64,000 nt of DNA from Nibricoccus sp. (GCA_047602425.1 JASGHG010000001.1:4352001-4416000), one strand, 5' to 3'. Positions 9,817 through 20,537 are shown, counted from the first letter of the stretch. Notes: a model not told the origin generated them from the letters alone. A program made the numbers and translations.

Positions 9817-9830
9817 TTGATCCCCGTCAA
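9817..9830. promoter_or_regulatory. FNR/DNR-type box
   Basis: TTGATCCCCGTCAA vs consensus TTGAT-N4-ATCAA. Confidence 0.75.
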
Positions 9831-9874
9831 GTCGCCCTGAAATAATTCCTGGCCCTAAAAAACACCCCGCGTGC

Positions 9875-9888
9875 TTGACGCTCATCAA
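9875..9888. promoter_or_regulatory. FNR/DNR-type box
   Basis: TTGACGCTCATCAA. Confidence 0.75.
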
Positions 9889-9922
9889 GGTGCGATGTCG
9901 TTTGCCCTGCCATAGTTCGAAA

Positions 9923-10765
9923 ATGAAACTGCGTTTCTTCCTCTTCCTCGCCGCAATCCTTCTTTGTTTGTCCCCGGCGCGTATGCTGGCCGGCGAAAAA
10001 GTCTACGACGTCACAGGCGTGGTGCGCGCGCCTCTCGATCAAGAAGGGCAGGTTTCCATCGCCCATGACGACATCCCGGGACTAATGCCGGCCATGACGA
10101 TGCGTTTTGACGTGATGGATTCGAAGGAAGCCGCGCCGCTCAAGGCAGGGGACCGCGTCCGCTTTTGGCTGCACGTCAAGGAGTCCGAGATGCGTGCTTC
10201 AGACTTCATTGTGACTGGCGCGGAAAAACTTTCTGGTGCCGAACAAAAATCGAAAGCAACGTCGACTCGCTTGCACGAGGGTGATTCGCTCCCGGAATTT
10301 TCCCTGGTCACGCAAAGCGGTAAGGCCATCACTGCGGCCAATCTCCGCGGACACTTCGCGGTGCTGACATTTATTTTCACGCGTTGCCCGCGCGTCGATT
10401 ATTGTCCGGCGATGGCTTCCCGCTTCGGAGAATTGCAGAATGCGATAAAGGCCGAGCCGAAACTCACCGGTCGGGTTCAACTTTTGAGTATTTCTCTGGA
10501 TCCCGAATACGACACGGCGGAAATATTAAAGTCCTATGGGGAGGCTCAACATGCTGACTTTGCAGTGTGGCAATTCCTAACGGGCAGTCACACGGAAACT
10601 TCAAGACTGACCAAAGCGTTTTCTGTCTTTGCCGAGCGCAATGGCGTGACAATCGACCACACCCTTTGCACGGCGTTGATTGATCCCTCCGGACGCGTGA
10701 CCCACATTTGGCGGGGGAACGGCTGGAAGGCGGAGGAAGTGCTCAAGGCCTTGAACGATCATTAG
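9923..10765 (+). CDS. CusF-like domain + SCO/SenC copper chaperone
   Basis: IAHDDIPGLMPAMTMRF (CusF-like); FIFTRCPRVDYCP, SLDPEYDT, DHT (SCO). Confidence 0.88.
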   Translation: MKLRFFLFLAAILLCLSPARMLAGEKVYDVTGVVRAPLDQEGQVSIAHDDIPGLMPAMTMRFDVMDSKEAAPLKAGDRVRFWLHVKESEMRASDFIVTGAEKLSGAEQKSKATSTRLHEGDSLPEFSLVTQSGKAITAANLRGHFAVLTFIFTRCPRVDYCPAMASRFGELQNAIKAEPKLTGRVQLLSISLDPEYDTAEILKSYGEAQHADFAVWQFLTGSHTETSRLTKAFSVFAERNGVTIDHTLCTALIDPSGRVTHIWRGNGWKAEEVLKALNDH

Positions 10766-11031
10766 CCTCACCAGCGCACCCTCGCGACCTGCATGACCGA
10801 GAGAATCGACAGCCGCCGGGTCGGCGTTGCGTGTCGGTTTTCCAGAGTTTCGTGTCGGCGAAATTGACAGATCTTCGCGTATTCAATCATGCAATACATC
10901 TGCGGAAGCGAGGAATTGTATGTGCAACTCTTGATCACAGAACCACGTAACAGAGTTGTTACGAAATGAAAAACCGCGGGGCACATGTTCTGCAGCTTTT
11001 TGGCGCGTCTTGATTCGTCAACGACACCACT

Positions 11032-11667
11032 ATGAAAAATACAAAACCCAGTTACTTCCTCAAGGGCGCCGCCCTGGCGTTTTCCTTGTCGTGTGTCAGC
11101 ACTGTGGCGCAGGCCAATAGCATTCATTTCCAAGCAGTTCTTTCTGGCGCGGCGGAGGCTCCGCCCAATGCATCGCCGGGCACCGGCTGGGCAGACGTGT
11201 ATTTCGACGATGTCGCTCAGACGATGCAGGTGGTCGTCAGCTTTTCCGGACTGCTTGCCGGAACAACTGCGTCGCACATCCATGCCGCCACCGCGGCTCC
11301 GAATACCGGAACGGCAGGCGTTGCCACGCAAACGCCGACCTTCACGGGATTCCCAACCGGTGTGACGTCGGGCACGTACGATCACATCTTTGACCTCACG
11401 CAGACCTCGACCTTCAACGGCTCCTATGTCACCGCCAACGGTGGCACTGCCGCTGGCGCGTCGGCTGCATTGGAGGCAGCGCTCCTTGGCGACCGAGCTT
11501 ATCTCAACATCCACAGCGGTCAGTTTCCGGGAGGAGAAATTCGCGGATTCCTGCACAATGTGCCGGACACAACGTCGACCCTTTTCCTTCTGTCCGCGGC
11601 GCTTGGCGGTATTGCTTATTTCGCCAAATGGCGCAGGATTGGCGTACCGGCCCAGACGCGCGCATGA
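11032..11667 (+). CDS. CHRD-domain protein with VPDSG/PEP-CTERM-type sorting signal
   Basis: LSGAAEAPPNASPGTG, SHIH, YLNIHSGQFPGGEIRG; C-terminal VPDTTST + TM + KWRR. Confidence 0.88.
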   Translation: MKNTKPSYFLKGAALAFSLSCVSTVAQANSIHFQAVLSGAAEAPPNASPGTGWADVYFDDVAQTMQVVVSFSGLLAGTTASHIHAATAAPNTGTAGVATQTPTFTGFPTGVTSGTYDHIFDLTQTSTFNGSYVTANGGTAAGASAALEAALLGDRAYLNIHSGQFPGGEIRGFLHNVPDTTSTLFLLSAALGGIAYFAKWRRIGVPAQTRA

Positions 11668-11715
11668 TTTGTCCCTGAGTTGTGTTTGCAGTTGTGTTCC
11701 TGGCGCATGAGCGCC

Positions 11716-11746
11716 ACGAGGGACGATGCTCCGCATCGTCCCTCGT
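11716..11746. repeat. perfect 14-bp hairpin between convergent genes
   Basis: ACGAGGGACGATGC-TCC-GCATCGTCCCTCGT. Confidence 0.7.
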
Positions 11747-11832
11747 CCATGTATAGGCGGGGCAATGAGGGTGGGGCGCTTGTCACGTGAGCTCGTTCCG
11801 AAAACCAAAAGATCGCGGGGCCTTCGGCGAGA

Positions 11833-12912
11833 TCAGGCGCGTACGGCCCAACGAAGTTTGGCGGAGGAGCTGCGTGGATTGGCCCGGCGTTCATCCGCTC
11901 CCGCGCGGATGATTTCGTCGTTCGTTGAAGAATAGATTCCGGAACGAAGCCCTTCGCGGAAGGCGTGCTTCACGCGGCGATCTTCACCGGAATGAAATGT
12001 GAGGATCGCGACGCGTCCACCGGATTTCAGGCAGGCGGGCAAATGCCGCAGGAACATATCGAGCGCGCCAAACTCGTCGTTCACCGCGATGCGGATCGCC
12101 TGGAAGACGCGCCGCACGCAATCATCGTCGCTCTCCGGATCGCGACGGGATTTGTGCAGATGGAGGATGGTTCGGATCGCGTCGGCCAGTTGCATGGTCC
12201 GGGTAAAAGGTTTTTCAACCCGACGGGCAATGAGTTCGCGGGCGAGCAACTCCGCGCGGGGTTCGTCGGCGTTCTCGAAGAGCGCAGTTGCCAGCTTTTC
12301 GGCGGAGATTTTTGCGAGCCATTCCGCCGCAGAGGGAGGACGCGTGGGATTTAACCGGAGATCGAGGGCGCTGTCGGTCTTAAACGAAAATCCGCGCGAT
12401 GGATCGTCGATCTGCATCGAAGAGACGCCGAGGTCGGCAAGGATGGCATTGGCTCCGTCGACACCAAGTTCCGCCAACACCTTGGGCAGGCCGGCGAAGT
12501 TCGAACGCACAGCGGTGAAGGCCTCCTCCGTCCAACCTGCCGCGCGCAGGCGGGCGATGGTTTTGGGTTGTTCAATTGGATCGACATCCAGACCGACAAG
12601 CCGGCCGCCCGGGGCGAGACGCATGAGCAACTCCCGGGCATGGCCGCCAAAACCGAGGGTGCAATCCACGACAAGTTCGCCTGGTTGAACCGCGAGCACT
12701 TCGAGGATCTCGTCCACCATGATGGGGCGATGAGTGCCGGCGGGGGTCTTGCCGGAGGCGATGACCTTGGCGACGTCGGCGGCGTAGCGTTCCGGGTTGA
12801 GCTCCTTGTATTTCTCCTCGAAGCGACGCGGATTTTTGCCCGAGTAACGCGGTCGGCGTTTGTGCGGCGTGGCTGGATTCTGCTCGGACGGCGTGGGTTG
12901 AGAATCGGACAT
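11833..12912 (-). CDS. rsmH: 16S rRNA m4C1402 methyltransferase
   Basis: VDCTLGFGGHA, DLGVSSMQID, RGFSF, FHSGEDRRVK, NPRSSSAKLR. Confidence 0.93.
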   Translation of the reverse strand: MSDSQPTPSEQNPATPHKRRPRYSGKNPRRFEEKYKELNPERYAADVAKVIASGKTPAGTHRPIMVDEILEVLAVQPGELVVDCTLGFGGHARELLMRLAPGGRLVGLDVDPIEQPKTIARLRAAGWTEEAFTAVRSNFAGLPKVLAELGVDGANAILADLGVSSMQIDDPSRGFSFKTDSALDLRLNPTRPPSAAEWLAKISAEKLATALFENADEPRAELLARELIARRVEKPFTRTMQLADAIRTILHLHKSRRDPESDDDCVRRVFQAIRIAVNDEFGALDMFLRHLPACLKSGGRVAILTFHSGEDRRVKHAFREGLRSGIYSSTNDEIIRAGADERRANPRSSSAKLRWAVRA

Positions 12913-13028
12913 GACGGCGAAAGAATGACGTAGAGGGTTGCCGCTCTCGGCGCAATAGGCAGTCGCATGACGATGAATGAAACGCGTACCTTGCGCTCAC
13001 TGCGTTTTACTGCCACGCAGAGGTCCGC

Positions 13029-13646
13029 ATGAAGATCAAATCCGCTGAATTCGACCGCAGTGCTTCGGACCTGAAAACCTGTCCCAACTGGAACCGGCCG
13101 GAGTTCGCCTTCATCGGACGTTCCAACGTCGGCAAATCCTCGCTCGTCAACATGCTGGTGGAACGCAAGAACCTGGCGCTTGTTTCGGGCACGCCCGGCA
13201 AAACCAAGCTGCTCAACTTTTTCATCGTGAATGGCAGCTGGTGCCTGGTTGATCTGCCCGGTTACGGTTACGCGAAGACGCTGCAAACGAAGCGAGCGGA
13301 TTTCAACGAAGCAGTCGCTGACTATCTGGAGAAACGCGAGAACCTGCGCTGCGTGTTTGTTCTGATCGATTCAAACGTCCCGCCGCAGTCCATCGATTTG
13401 GAATTTGTGAAATGGTTGGGCAATGTCGGCTCGCCCTTCGTTTTAGTCTTCACCAAAGCCGACCGACAATCTGCCAATGCCACGAAGAACAACGTTGCCG
13501 CCTTTTTGAAAACGCTCTCGACGTGGTGGCCGGAACTGCCCGGCACAATCGTCTGTTCCGCCAAAACCACGGCCGGCCGCGCCGATATTCTCGCCGTGAT
13601 TGAAGAGAATCTGACCGACAAGGGCAAGACGACTGGGCTGTGGTAG
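13029..13646 (+). CDS. engB: ribosome biogenesis GTPase YihA/EngB
   Basis: GRSNVGKSS, TPGKT, DLPGYGYA, TKAD. Confidence 0.95.
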   Translation: MKIKSAEFDRSASDLKTCPNWNRPEFAFIGRSNVGKSSLVNMLVERKNLALVSGTPGKTKLLNFFIVNGSWCLVDLPGYGYAKTLQTKRADFNEAVADYLEKRENLRCVFVLIDSNVPPQSIDLEFVKWLGNVGSPFVLVFTKADRQSANATKNNVAAFLKTLSTWWPELPGTIVCSAKTTAGRADILAVIEENLTDKGKTTGLW

Positions 13647-13689
13647 TTCGCCTTTTTGCTTAGGTGACAAGCCGGATAAAAGGCCGTCC

Positions 13690-15495
13690 TTAGTTTCGCC
13701 CGACTGGCTTCAAGACTCTTGCTTTGGCGAGTTGGACTGGTTCAATGGCAACCTCATTTTCCTGATCCCGACGCGCGACGTTCGCACCGCTAACGAGGCG
13801 CTGCAAATCGTCGACGATCGCTTTCAACGTGACCGACTGCGCGTTGAGTTCCTCGGAAGCGCTCGCGGTTTCCTCGGCGCTTGAAGCATTGGATTGAACG
13901 ACTTGATCCATCTGGGCGACTGCGGTGGAGATTTGTTTGACGCCCTGGTTTTGTTCGCGACTGGCGGTGCTGACTTCCGCGACAAGTTCATCAACCTGAC
14001 GCACCTTCTCGACGATTTCCGTCAGACTGAGGGAAACTTTTTCGCTGATCTGCACGCCTTGATTCGTTTTGGCGATTGCGCCCTCGATTTTACCGGCGGT
14101 TTCACGCGCCGCTTGCGCGGCCCGTTGGGCGAGACTGCGAACTTCGTCGGCCACCACGGCAAAACCTGCGCCGGCTTCTCCGGCCCGCGCCGCTTCCACT
14201 GCGGCGTTGAGCGCGAGGATGTTGGTTTGAAAGGCGATTTCATCGATCGTCTTGATGATTTTGGCGATGTCATCGCTGGAAGCTTTGATGTCGTGCATCG
14301 CGGTCGTCATCACCTGCATGTCGATCGCGCCGGCATCCGCGGCTTTGCGGGCCTCGCGGGTCAAGTCGTTGGCTTTGGCGGCGCTCTCCGCATTGCGGTT
14401 GGTCACCCCATGCATTTCCTCCAGCGAGGCGCTTGTTTCCTCGAGGGAGGCGGCCTGTTCGGTGGAACCCTCGGCGAGCGTTTGGCTGGCGGTGGAAACT
14501 TGGTTGGCTGCCGCGCTGGTTTCGTTTGCCCCGGTCGAGAGCTGCTCGGCTGCGTGCACGATGGGATTGGTTATAGAACGGGCGACATACCACAGGAACA
14601 CAAGACCGACGACGAGGCTTCCCAAGCCTAGTGTGAGGTTGATTTTCCCCATGCGATTGGTTGAGGCGAGCATCTCCGACATCGGCAGGGTGGCGGCGAA
14701 GCCCCAACGCAGTTTTTCGCTCGTCCGGTACTGCACCATTTTCTCGATGCCTTCGTAGGTGTAATAGACTTCACCGTTTTTCTCCTTGAGCATGTTTTTG
14801 CCCCAATCGAAGTCGTCGAGTTTGGTGGTGAGGATCTTCTCGGGCTTGGGGTGGGCGATAAACACACCGTTTTGATCGTACATGTAAGCGTAGCCGGTTT
14901 GGAGGATTTTGATTTGTCCAACCACGTTTGCGCTCACCACCAGCATGTCGAGCGAACCGAAAAGCACTCCGCGCACGGTCAAACCATCCATCACCGGCAC
15001 GGCGATGACGACAATCGGTTTCCCCGTCGACTTGCTGAGCAACACATCGGAGATCGCGATTTTGCCGGCCAATGCATCCTTGAAATACTGGCGGTCGGCG
15101 ACGTTGAGTTTGCCCACGGAATCGGGGTTATTGGACGAAAGGGTATCGCCCTTGACGTCGACCAGCTGCAGATTGGCAAAAACGCCAAAGCTTTTGAAGG
15201 CATGTACAAGTTCCGCGCTGACCTGCTCGCGCATGGCGATGCCTTCCGGTGTCGATTGCGTGGCGGTCAGAATGTGCGCGCTGGCTGCCCAATGCGCGAT
15301 ATTTTGCTGCTGGCCCTCCATCCAGGTTTCCACCTGACGGAGACCGGAGTTACAGATGTCAGCCATCTGGGCGTCGAAAATATCTTCCAGTGACTGACGG
15401 CTTATTCCGTAGGAAGCGGCGCTAATGGAAATAGCGGCGACTGCGAGCAAACTCACTGTGGGAACGAGGATTCGATTGCGTAAGGTCCATTTCAT
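13690..15495 (-). CDS. methyl-accepting chemotaxis protein with dCache sensor
   Basis: Two TM helices; [34 protein letters not shown]. Confidence 0.95.
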   Translation of the reverse strand: MKWTLRNRILVPTVSLLAVAAISISAASYGISRQSLEDIFDAQMADICNSGLRQVETWMEGQQQNIAHWAASAHILTATQSTPEGIAMREQVSAELVHAFKSFGVFANLQLVDVKGDTLSSNNPDSVGKLNVADRQYFKDALAGKIAISDVLLSKSTGKPIVVIAVPVMDGLTVRGVLFGSLDMLVVSANVVGQIKILQTGYAYMYDQNGVFIAHPKPEKILTTKLDDFDWGKNMLKEKNGEVYYTYEGIEKMVQYRTSEKLRWGFAATLPMSEMLASTNRMGKINLTLGLGSLVVGLVFLWYVARSITNPIVHAAEQLSTGANETSAAANQVSTASQTLAEGSTEQAASLEETSASLEEMHGVTNRNAESAAKANDLTREARKAADAGAIDMQVMTTAMHDIKASSDDIAKIIKTIDEIAFQTNILALNAAVEAARAGEAGAGFAVVADEVRSLAQRAAQAARETAGKIEGAIAKTNQGVQISEKVSLSLTEIVEKVRQVDELVAEVSTASREQNQGVKQISTAVAQMDQVVQSNASSAEETASASEELNAQSVTLKAIVDDLQRLVSGANVARRDQENEVAIEPVQLAKARVLKPVGRN

Positions 15496-15614
15496 AAAAG
15501 AGGCAGTATAATGTAAATTTTAGCTCTATGCCCCTTCCGCACAGCGTCATAGAAATTTGTTAAGTCACTTGTAAATTGGTTTGTTGGTTTAAGGCGGATA
15601 AAAGATTCGGCTTA

Positions 15615-15641
15615 GTATCGACCGAAACGAGTGCATCTGAA
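15615..15641 (-). promoter_or_regulatory. putative sigma28 (FliA) promoter
   Basis: TTCAG-N14-GTCGATAC upstream of the MCP. Confidence 0.5.
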
Positions 15642-15902
15642 ACGAAGATGACCGATGGTCGTTGATTGTAATCCCCCCTTATAGGGGTTTTGCCGGGTGC
15701 AAGGCTCTGCTTGCAGTCAACCTCCAAACGAGCGCCGCCGACCCGGCTCGCTTCGGTCTAGACACCGACTAGATTAAATAGTTGTTTCTGCGTTTTGGTT
15801 ACAGTCGAGCTCGCGACCCCGGTCGCGGGCTTTTTTGTAGGTCATTGCGGTGTTCAGAACGCGTTGATGGCGCCCGCACTTGCTTTGCCCGCCGAAATAA
15901 TC

Positions 15903-16331
15903 TTACGCCAAGGGATAGTCAGCCGTCTCTCCAACTACTGTTATGGCTGAATCTAAATCGCATATTTTGCGTACTGTCCCGTGCAGTTTTTCGACGTCCG
16001 ACGTGGTGTCGATAAAGCGAAACAACTTCCAACTCCAACGGCGCTCTTTGGCTGCTGACACGGTCACGCACAAATCAAGTTCGTTTGTCTCGCCGATTTG
16101 AACGCCATAGATGCAAAGTCCGCACGAAAAGGGGAGGTCCGCGACCGTAACCCACCAGCCCCAGTCTTCACAGACTATCCGGGGCGCGCGATAGCCATGC
16201 TCACTCAGTCGCTTTTGTAGATAGAGCGCCAACGCCTTTCCATACATGCCGTCGTTTACCAATTCGTCCTCTTCGCCGGGCATGATCCCCAGGAAGGGAG
16301 CACGTATTTGAATGAATGGATTTTCAGGCAT
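15903..16331 (-). CDS. hypothetical protein
   Basis: 142-aa ORF with EDWGW motif; co-oriented with neighbours. Confidence 0.7.
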   Translation of the reverse strand: MPENPFIQIRAPFLGIMPGEEDELVNDGMYGKALALYLQKRLSEHGYRAPRIVCEDWGWWVTVADLPFSCGLCIYGVQIGETNELDLCVTVSAAKERRWSWKLFRFIDTTSDVEKLHGTVRKICDLDSAITVVGETADYPLA

Positions 16332-16431
16332 GTTGGCGGAACGATCGCATGGATGTTACCCAAAGTAGTTTTTAGAGCACGTACAATAAAACTGTAGCCC
16401 GTAAATCGGTTTTGTGAACCGAGCTGTCTTC

Positions 16432-16502
16432 GTAGGGGCGCAGTCTTGCTGCGCCCTTTCTGTGGCAAAGTCAAACTGGGCGCAGCAAGACTGCGCCCCT
16501 AC
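16432..16502. repeat. REP doublet (GTAG type)
   Basis: GTAGGGGCGCAGTCTTGCTGCGCCC and its perfect inverse, 21 nt apart. Confidence 0.85.
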
Positions 16503-16852
16503 AGCCGGAGTTGTGCGGCTATGACATTTTCAAAAATGCTCTCAACCAAGGATTCAATTCATCCCAAATTTCGCGGGAGAGGTAACCACTTATTATCACT
16601 TATTGGCACTGATAAGAAAGATGCCGTGCAATTATATTGCTCCACGGCGTTCACTCCTCGGATGGCCGTCCTCTCTGGCTTAAGCGGCTTGCTATCAGTG
16701 AATCTTAGTGAAAATAAGTGGTTCAACTGCCGTTTTTAGGTTCATACCGTCAAAGCCGAAACGACACAACAGGAGGAAGATTAGAGCGCGGTTCGATTGC
16801 GAACCGCAGAGCTTCGTCCTGTTTGGTGCCTCTCAGCTCTTCACCGCATTCC

Positions 16853-17383
16853 TCACTCCTCCCGCATGTGCTTCTTCACCGACTTCACCATGCGGCCGAA
16901 ATTTCGGTCTCTCTTTCTTCTTTCGACCTGCGACATTTGGTGAAACGCGGATTCTTTCCGCAGCTTCAGGAAATTCTCATAATGCGCCTGGCTGAGCTCG
17001 CCCGACTCCAATGCCCCAAGCACCGCGCAGCCGGGTTCGCCACTATGACTGCAATCCCGATAACGACATGAGGAGGCGAGGGTAGTAATGTCGGCGAAAC
17101 CTCCGTCCATGCCTGCCTCCGCGCTGAGAATGCCGAATTCCCGCATGCCCGGATTGTCGATCACCAGCGCGCCGCCCTCGAGCCGGATCAATTCGCGTCG
17201 CACCGTAATATGCCGCCCTTCGCCCGTCCCGCTGACGTCGCCGGTCTCCAGACTCGCGTTACCAATCAGTTGATTGATCAACGTGCTTTTGCCGATGCCC
17301 GACGAACCGACGAAGCAATAGGTTTTCCCGGGCAACAACAACCGTTTGAAATCGTCCACGCCCTCGGTTTTTTGCTGCGTCAA
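16853..17383 (-). pseudogene. rsgA: 5'-truncated RsgA-family GTPase
   Basis: GSSGIGKST, DNPGMRE and CRYRDCSH...PGC present; OB domain and G4 motif absent. Confidence 0.8.
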
Positions 17384-17543
17384 AGATCAGCTACGCTTTA
17401 CCTGCGAGCCGAGACAAACAGAAAACGGCCGAACATGGGGATGGGATATTTGCCGAATGTTATGCGTTAGCCGCGCCACGCTGGCGGGCAGAGACTAAAA
17501 GCAAAGACTGGATCATAGGCGTAGTTCTTTGTGGATGGTTCGC

Positions 17544-17981
17544 CTACTTCTTTTCCTCGACCGCCATGTGATGCAGCAACTTTTCGTCCTTCGAGAAATA
17601 GCCGATCAAGTAATATGTCTGCGTCGATTGCGCGCTGCTCCGGGCGAGAGCCATCGGAATCAGAAATACCTCTCCAAGTCCGAGCGTCATGGCACTGACG
17701 GTCGCTTCGCCGCTTCCGTCATCCGACTGTGCCGGTCGCCCCTTCACTTTCCATACGCGGTAAAACGCACTGGACCTCATATCGCGGCTGATCTTGCCTG
17801 CCAAAAACTCAGGGACAACAGCGAGCGGAGGACCAAATCGCTTTGAGATCGCTGCCTCCGAGGCCCCGGGTTTCAACACATCGCGCCCCTTGGCTGTACC
17901 ACGACTGATCCAACTGGATACACAGCCTGCGCTTATAGAGATTGTAAGGAGGATAAACAGAATGCGGATAAAGGGTTTCAT
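17544..17981 (-). CDS. hypothetical lipoprotein
   Basis: Signal peptide ending ISAGC. Confidence 0.7.
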   Translation of the reverse strand: MKPFIRILFILLTISISAGCVSSWISRGTAKGRDVLKPGASEAAISKRFGPPLAVVPEFLAGKISRDMRSSAFYRVWKVKGRPAQSDDGSGEATVSAMTLGLGEVFLIPMALARSSAQSTQTYYLIGYFSKDEKLLHHMAVEEKK

Positions 17982-18011
17982 ATTTTGAAGACTTGCTACA
18001 GGTCAGATTGT

Positions 18012-18381
18012 TTATTTCCACATCTGCAATAGGGCGACGAGTAACGCTGCAAAGAATGCGATAACTCCAACCCAAAAGATCGCCCTCGGATTTGCTTTCT
18101 CAGAAGCATCGCCTCTCGGGTGGCCATCGGTAAACGTCGAGCCTGCACCGGCTCGCACTCCTTCAATGCGAGTGACCTCAGGCAGCGTGGTAAATTGTGG
18201 CAACTTCATGCCTGCGATATTCCGATCCACCAGCGCGATAATATCTTTCACGTGCTCCTCGCATCGCCCCCTTGCATGCACAGCCTCGGTCTAGATCTGC
18301 GAGACAATCTGGACAAATCGCACGCCCGCAGCCTTTGCAGACGGCTACCGCTTCGATATTACGATGTATGTAGTATTTCAT
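18012..18381 (-). pseudogene. frameshifted B-box-like Zn-finger membrane protein
   Basis: H...CKGCGRAICPDC...CACKG joins RCEEHVK...TM in another frame at a G5 run (C5 on + strand, 18267-18271). Confidence 0.7.
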
Positions 18382-18854
18382 GTCTTAACCTAACGTTATA
18401 TGGTCAGTCGCGCGTACTGGCGAGCCAAGATTTAGAAGACAAATGTGATCACAGGTATTGTGGCATGGCGACTAGTTCGTCTGCTTTTCCTTCGCAATCA
18501 TTAACAAGTATTCTTTCATTCGGTCTCCAAAAACTGCAGCCTGATAGATGGCTTGTCTTCCTCCTTTGGGAGGATTTGGTTTTATCGCCTAGAGGGCACA
18601 CTCAAGGGGTTTGTTTGTAAAAGATTGAACAGGGTGGTGTCGGTTGGGTTGGTTGCTTTGCATCGCTTGGTGATCATGGCATTCAAAACAGGGCAGCAGG
18701 TCGAACTATTGTCTCCCTAAGGTCGCCAAAGGTTGGGATGCGGCGTCTCGAAGAGTTGAGCGACGATGCTGAACGAGCGACGCTGCATTCCAAACCAGGC
18801 GCACCGGGACTTATGCCCCACCTCGGCCAGATGAATACCTGACCTTCAGCGGGC

Positions 18855-19196
18855 TCATTTATGGGTCGAGTGAGCAAGCTGCCACGCGCGATAAGCCTCG
18901 TCGCAGTTCGGGCAAACGTGGATGCGCGCCTTCCTGGCATTGAGATAAGCAAGGTCCTCCGCGAAACGAGGCCCACCATGATGTGGAAACTTTGAAATGA
19001 GAGCGGAGCTATATTCGGACGAATAAACCGAGGAGCCCGGAATGCAGCGCACTTCCCGGATTTCCATTTTTTGTTTATGTAGCTCGCAGACCTCCGGCTC
19101 GTTTTTTGTAACGTCAGCGATGTTCACACAGCCAACAAAAGCAGTGGCAGCAACCATGACGCAGAGGAAAAATTTATAGTTAAAAGGGACGCGCAT
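18855..19196 (-). CDS. hypothetical lipoprotein with CxxH...CxxC
   Basis: FVGC lipobox, CELH and CPNC; start trimmed to exclude IS sequence. Confidence 0.65.
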   Translation of the reverse strand: MRVPFNYKFFLCVMVAATAFVGCVNIADVTKNEPEVCELHKQKMEIREVRCIPGSSVYSSEYSSALISKFPHHGGPRFAEDLAYLNARKARIHVCPNCDEAYRAWQLAHSTHK

Positions 19197-19226
19197 AATA
19201 TTTGTTAGTCTAAGATATGAGCCTAA

Positions 19227-20537
19227 CAGGCTGCTGAAGAACGGGGTGTTTTGAGAGGAGGAAGGCTGATTTTGAGCGTTTTTGATATAAACGCAGGCGG
19301 TGCACTGGGTTTTTCGCGCCGTTTTGGGCGCGGCCCGCTTGCGTTTGGCGGCTGGTTCGCAGTGTACGGGCACACTGCGGCCGCGGGGGGCGTCACGCCC
19401 CAGCGAGTTTTGGCGGCGCGGTGAGCATCAGTTTGGCCATGCGCACGAGGTTGCAGGCGGCCACCACGTATTGGCCTTGGGCGTGGGTTCGGTCGACGCC
19501 GCGGTACCGGCTTTTCCGGAAGCAGCCAGTGGTTTTGGCCCAGCCGAAGATTTCCTCGATGCGTTTGCGGCATTTCTGACTGAGGGCGTAAGCGAGTTTG
19601 CAGATCACGCCCTGAGCGTCGCGGTCTTTGCGCAGCGCGGGGTGCGGCTTTATCTTTTGAGCACGCAGGCCTTCGATGAAGTTCTGGTCGTGGTAGCCTT
19701 TGTCGGCTCCCACCGTTTTTGGTGCAAAGCCTCGGTTTTGCAGTTCGATCATTTGCTCGACGGCCACACTCGATTCGGAGGCGCCGACGGCCGGATGCAC
19801 TTCGAACAGTACGCACAGGCCGTGGCGGTTCTCCATTGTGGCGTGGCCGGCGAAGCTTAGGCGCGCTTCTTTTCCAGGGCCTTTGCGCACCAGTTTCGCC
19901 TCGGGGTCGGTAGTGGAAGCGTGCGTGTCGTTGGAGCGTTTTTCGCCTTTGTAATCGGTCCAGTTGTTCCCGCCGCCGGGGCCTGGGGGCTGGTCTTTGC
20001 GTTTGAAACTTTTGAGCGAGGCCCACGATTCGATTAGCGTGCCGTCCACACTGAAGTGATCGTCGCTGACCCAGCCGTGCCGGCGGGCCAGGGCCACCAC
20101 TTCGCTAAAGAACAGATCGGCCACTTCGTGTTGCAGGAGCCGTTCCTGGTTTTTGCTGTAGACCGAGGCGTCGAAGACCGTTTCGTCCAGCGGCAGATCC
20201 ACAAACCAGCGGAACAACAGGTCGGTCTGGAGCCTGGCGCACAGTTGGCGGTCCGAGCGTACGGTGTAGAGCGCTTGCAGCACTTTGCCTTTGAGCAGCA
20301 TCTCCGGCGGCACCGAGGGCGCTCCTCCTTCGGCATAGATCTCGTCAAAGTGCCCGCTCATCGCCGCCAGCACTTCGTCGCACATGCCCTTGATCGCACG
20401 GATCGGATGGTCCCCCGCAATCAGCTGCTCCACATCGATCAAACTCACGAAATCCCCCTGGGTCTTACGTTTTCCTCTCATGCCATTAACTGACGCCTAT
20501 CGCTAATGTTTGTTTCACGGAGTTTTTCAGCAGCCTG
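19227..20537 (-). mobile_element. IS5-family insertion sequence (1311 bp)
   Basis: Terminal IRs CAGGCTGCTGAAGAAC / GTTTTTCAGCAGCCTG; CTAA duplicated at 19223-19226 and 20538-20541. Confidence 0.92.
19393..20481 (-). CDS. IS5-family DDE transposase
   Basis: HFSVDGTLIESWAS, STTDPEAKL, GADKGY, RKRIEEIFGW. Confidence 0.95.
   Translation of the reverse strand: MRGKRKTQGDFVSLIDVEQLIAGDHPIRAIKGMCDEVLAAMSGHFDEIYAEGGAPSVPPEMLLKGKVLQALYTVRSDRQLCARLQTDLLFRWFVDLPLDETVFDASVYSKNQERLLQHEVADLFFSEVVALARRHGWVSDDHFSVDGTLIESWASLKSFKRKDQPPGPGGGNNWTDYKGEKRSNDTHASTTDPEAKLVRKGPGKEARLSFAGHATMENRHGLCVLFEVHPAVGASESSVAVEQMIELQNRGFAPKTVGADKGYHDQNFIEGLRAQKIKPHPALRKDRDAQGVICKLAYALSQKCRKRIEEIFGWAKTTGCFRKSRYRGVDRTHAQGQYVVAACNLVRMAKLMLTAPPKLAGA

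Noticed and set aside
18382..18700. AT-rich stretch as a gene (also 16510-16750)
   Set aside because: Interrupted by stops and no recognisable motif; possibly decayed cassettes, but unsupported.
19220..19227. GCCTAAC as an attC half site
   Set aside because: The final C is the first base of the IS; the pre-insertion sequence is GCCTAAG.
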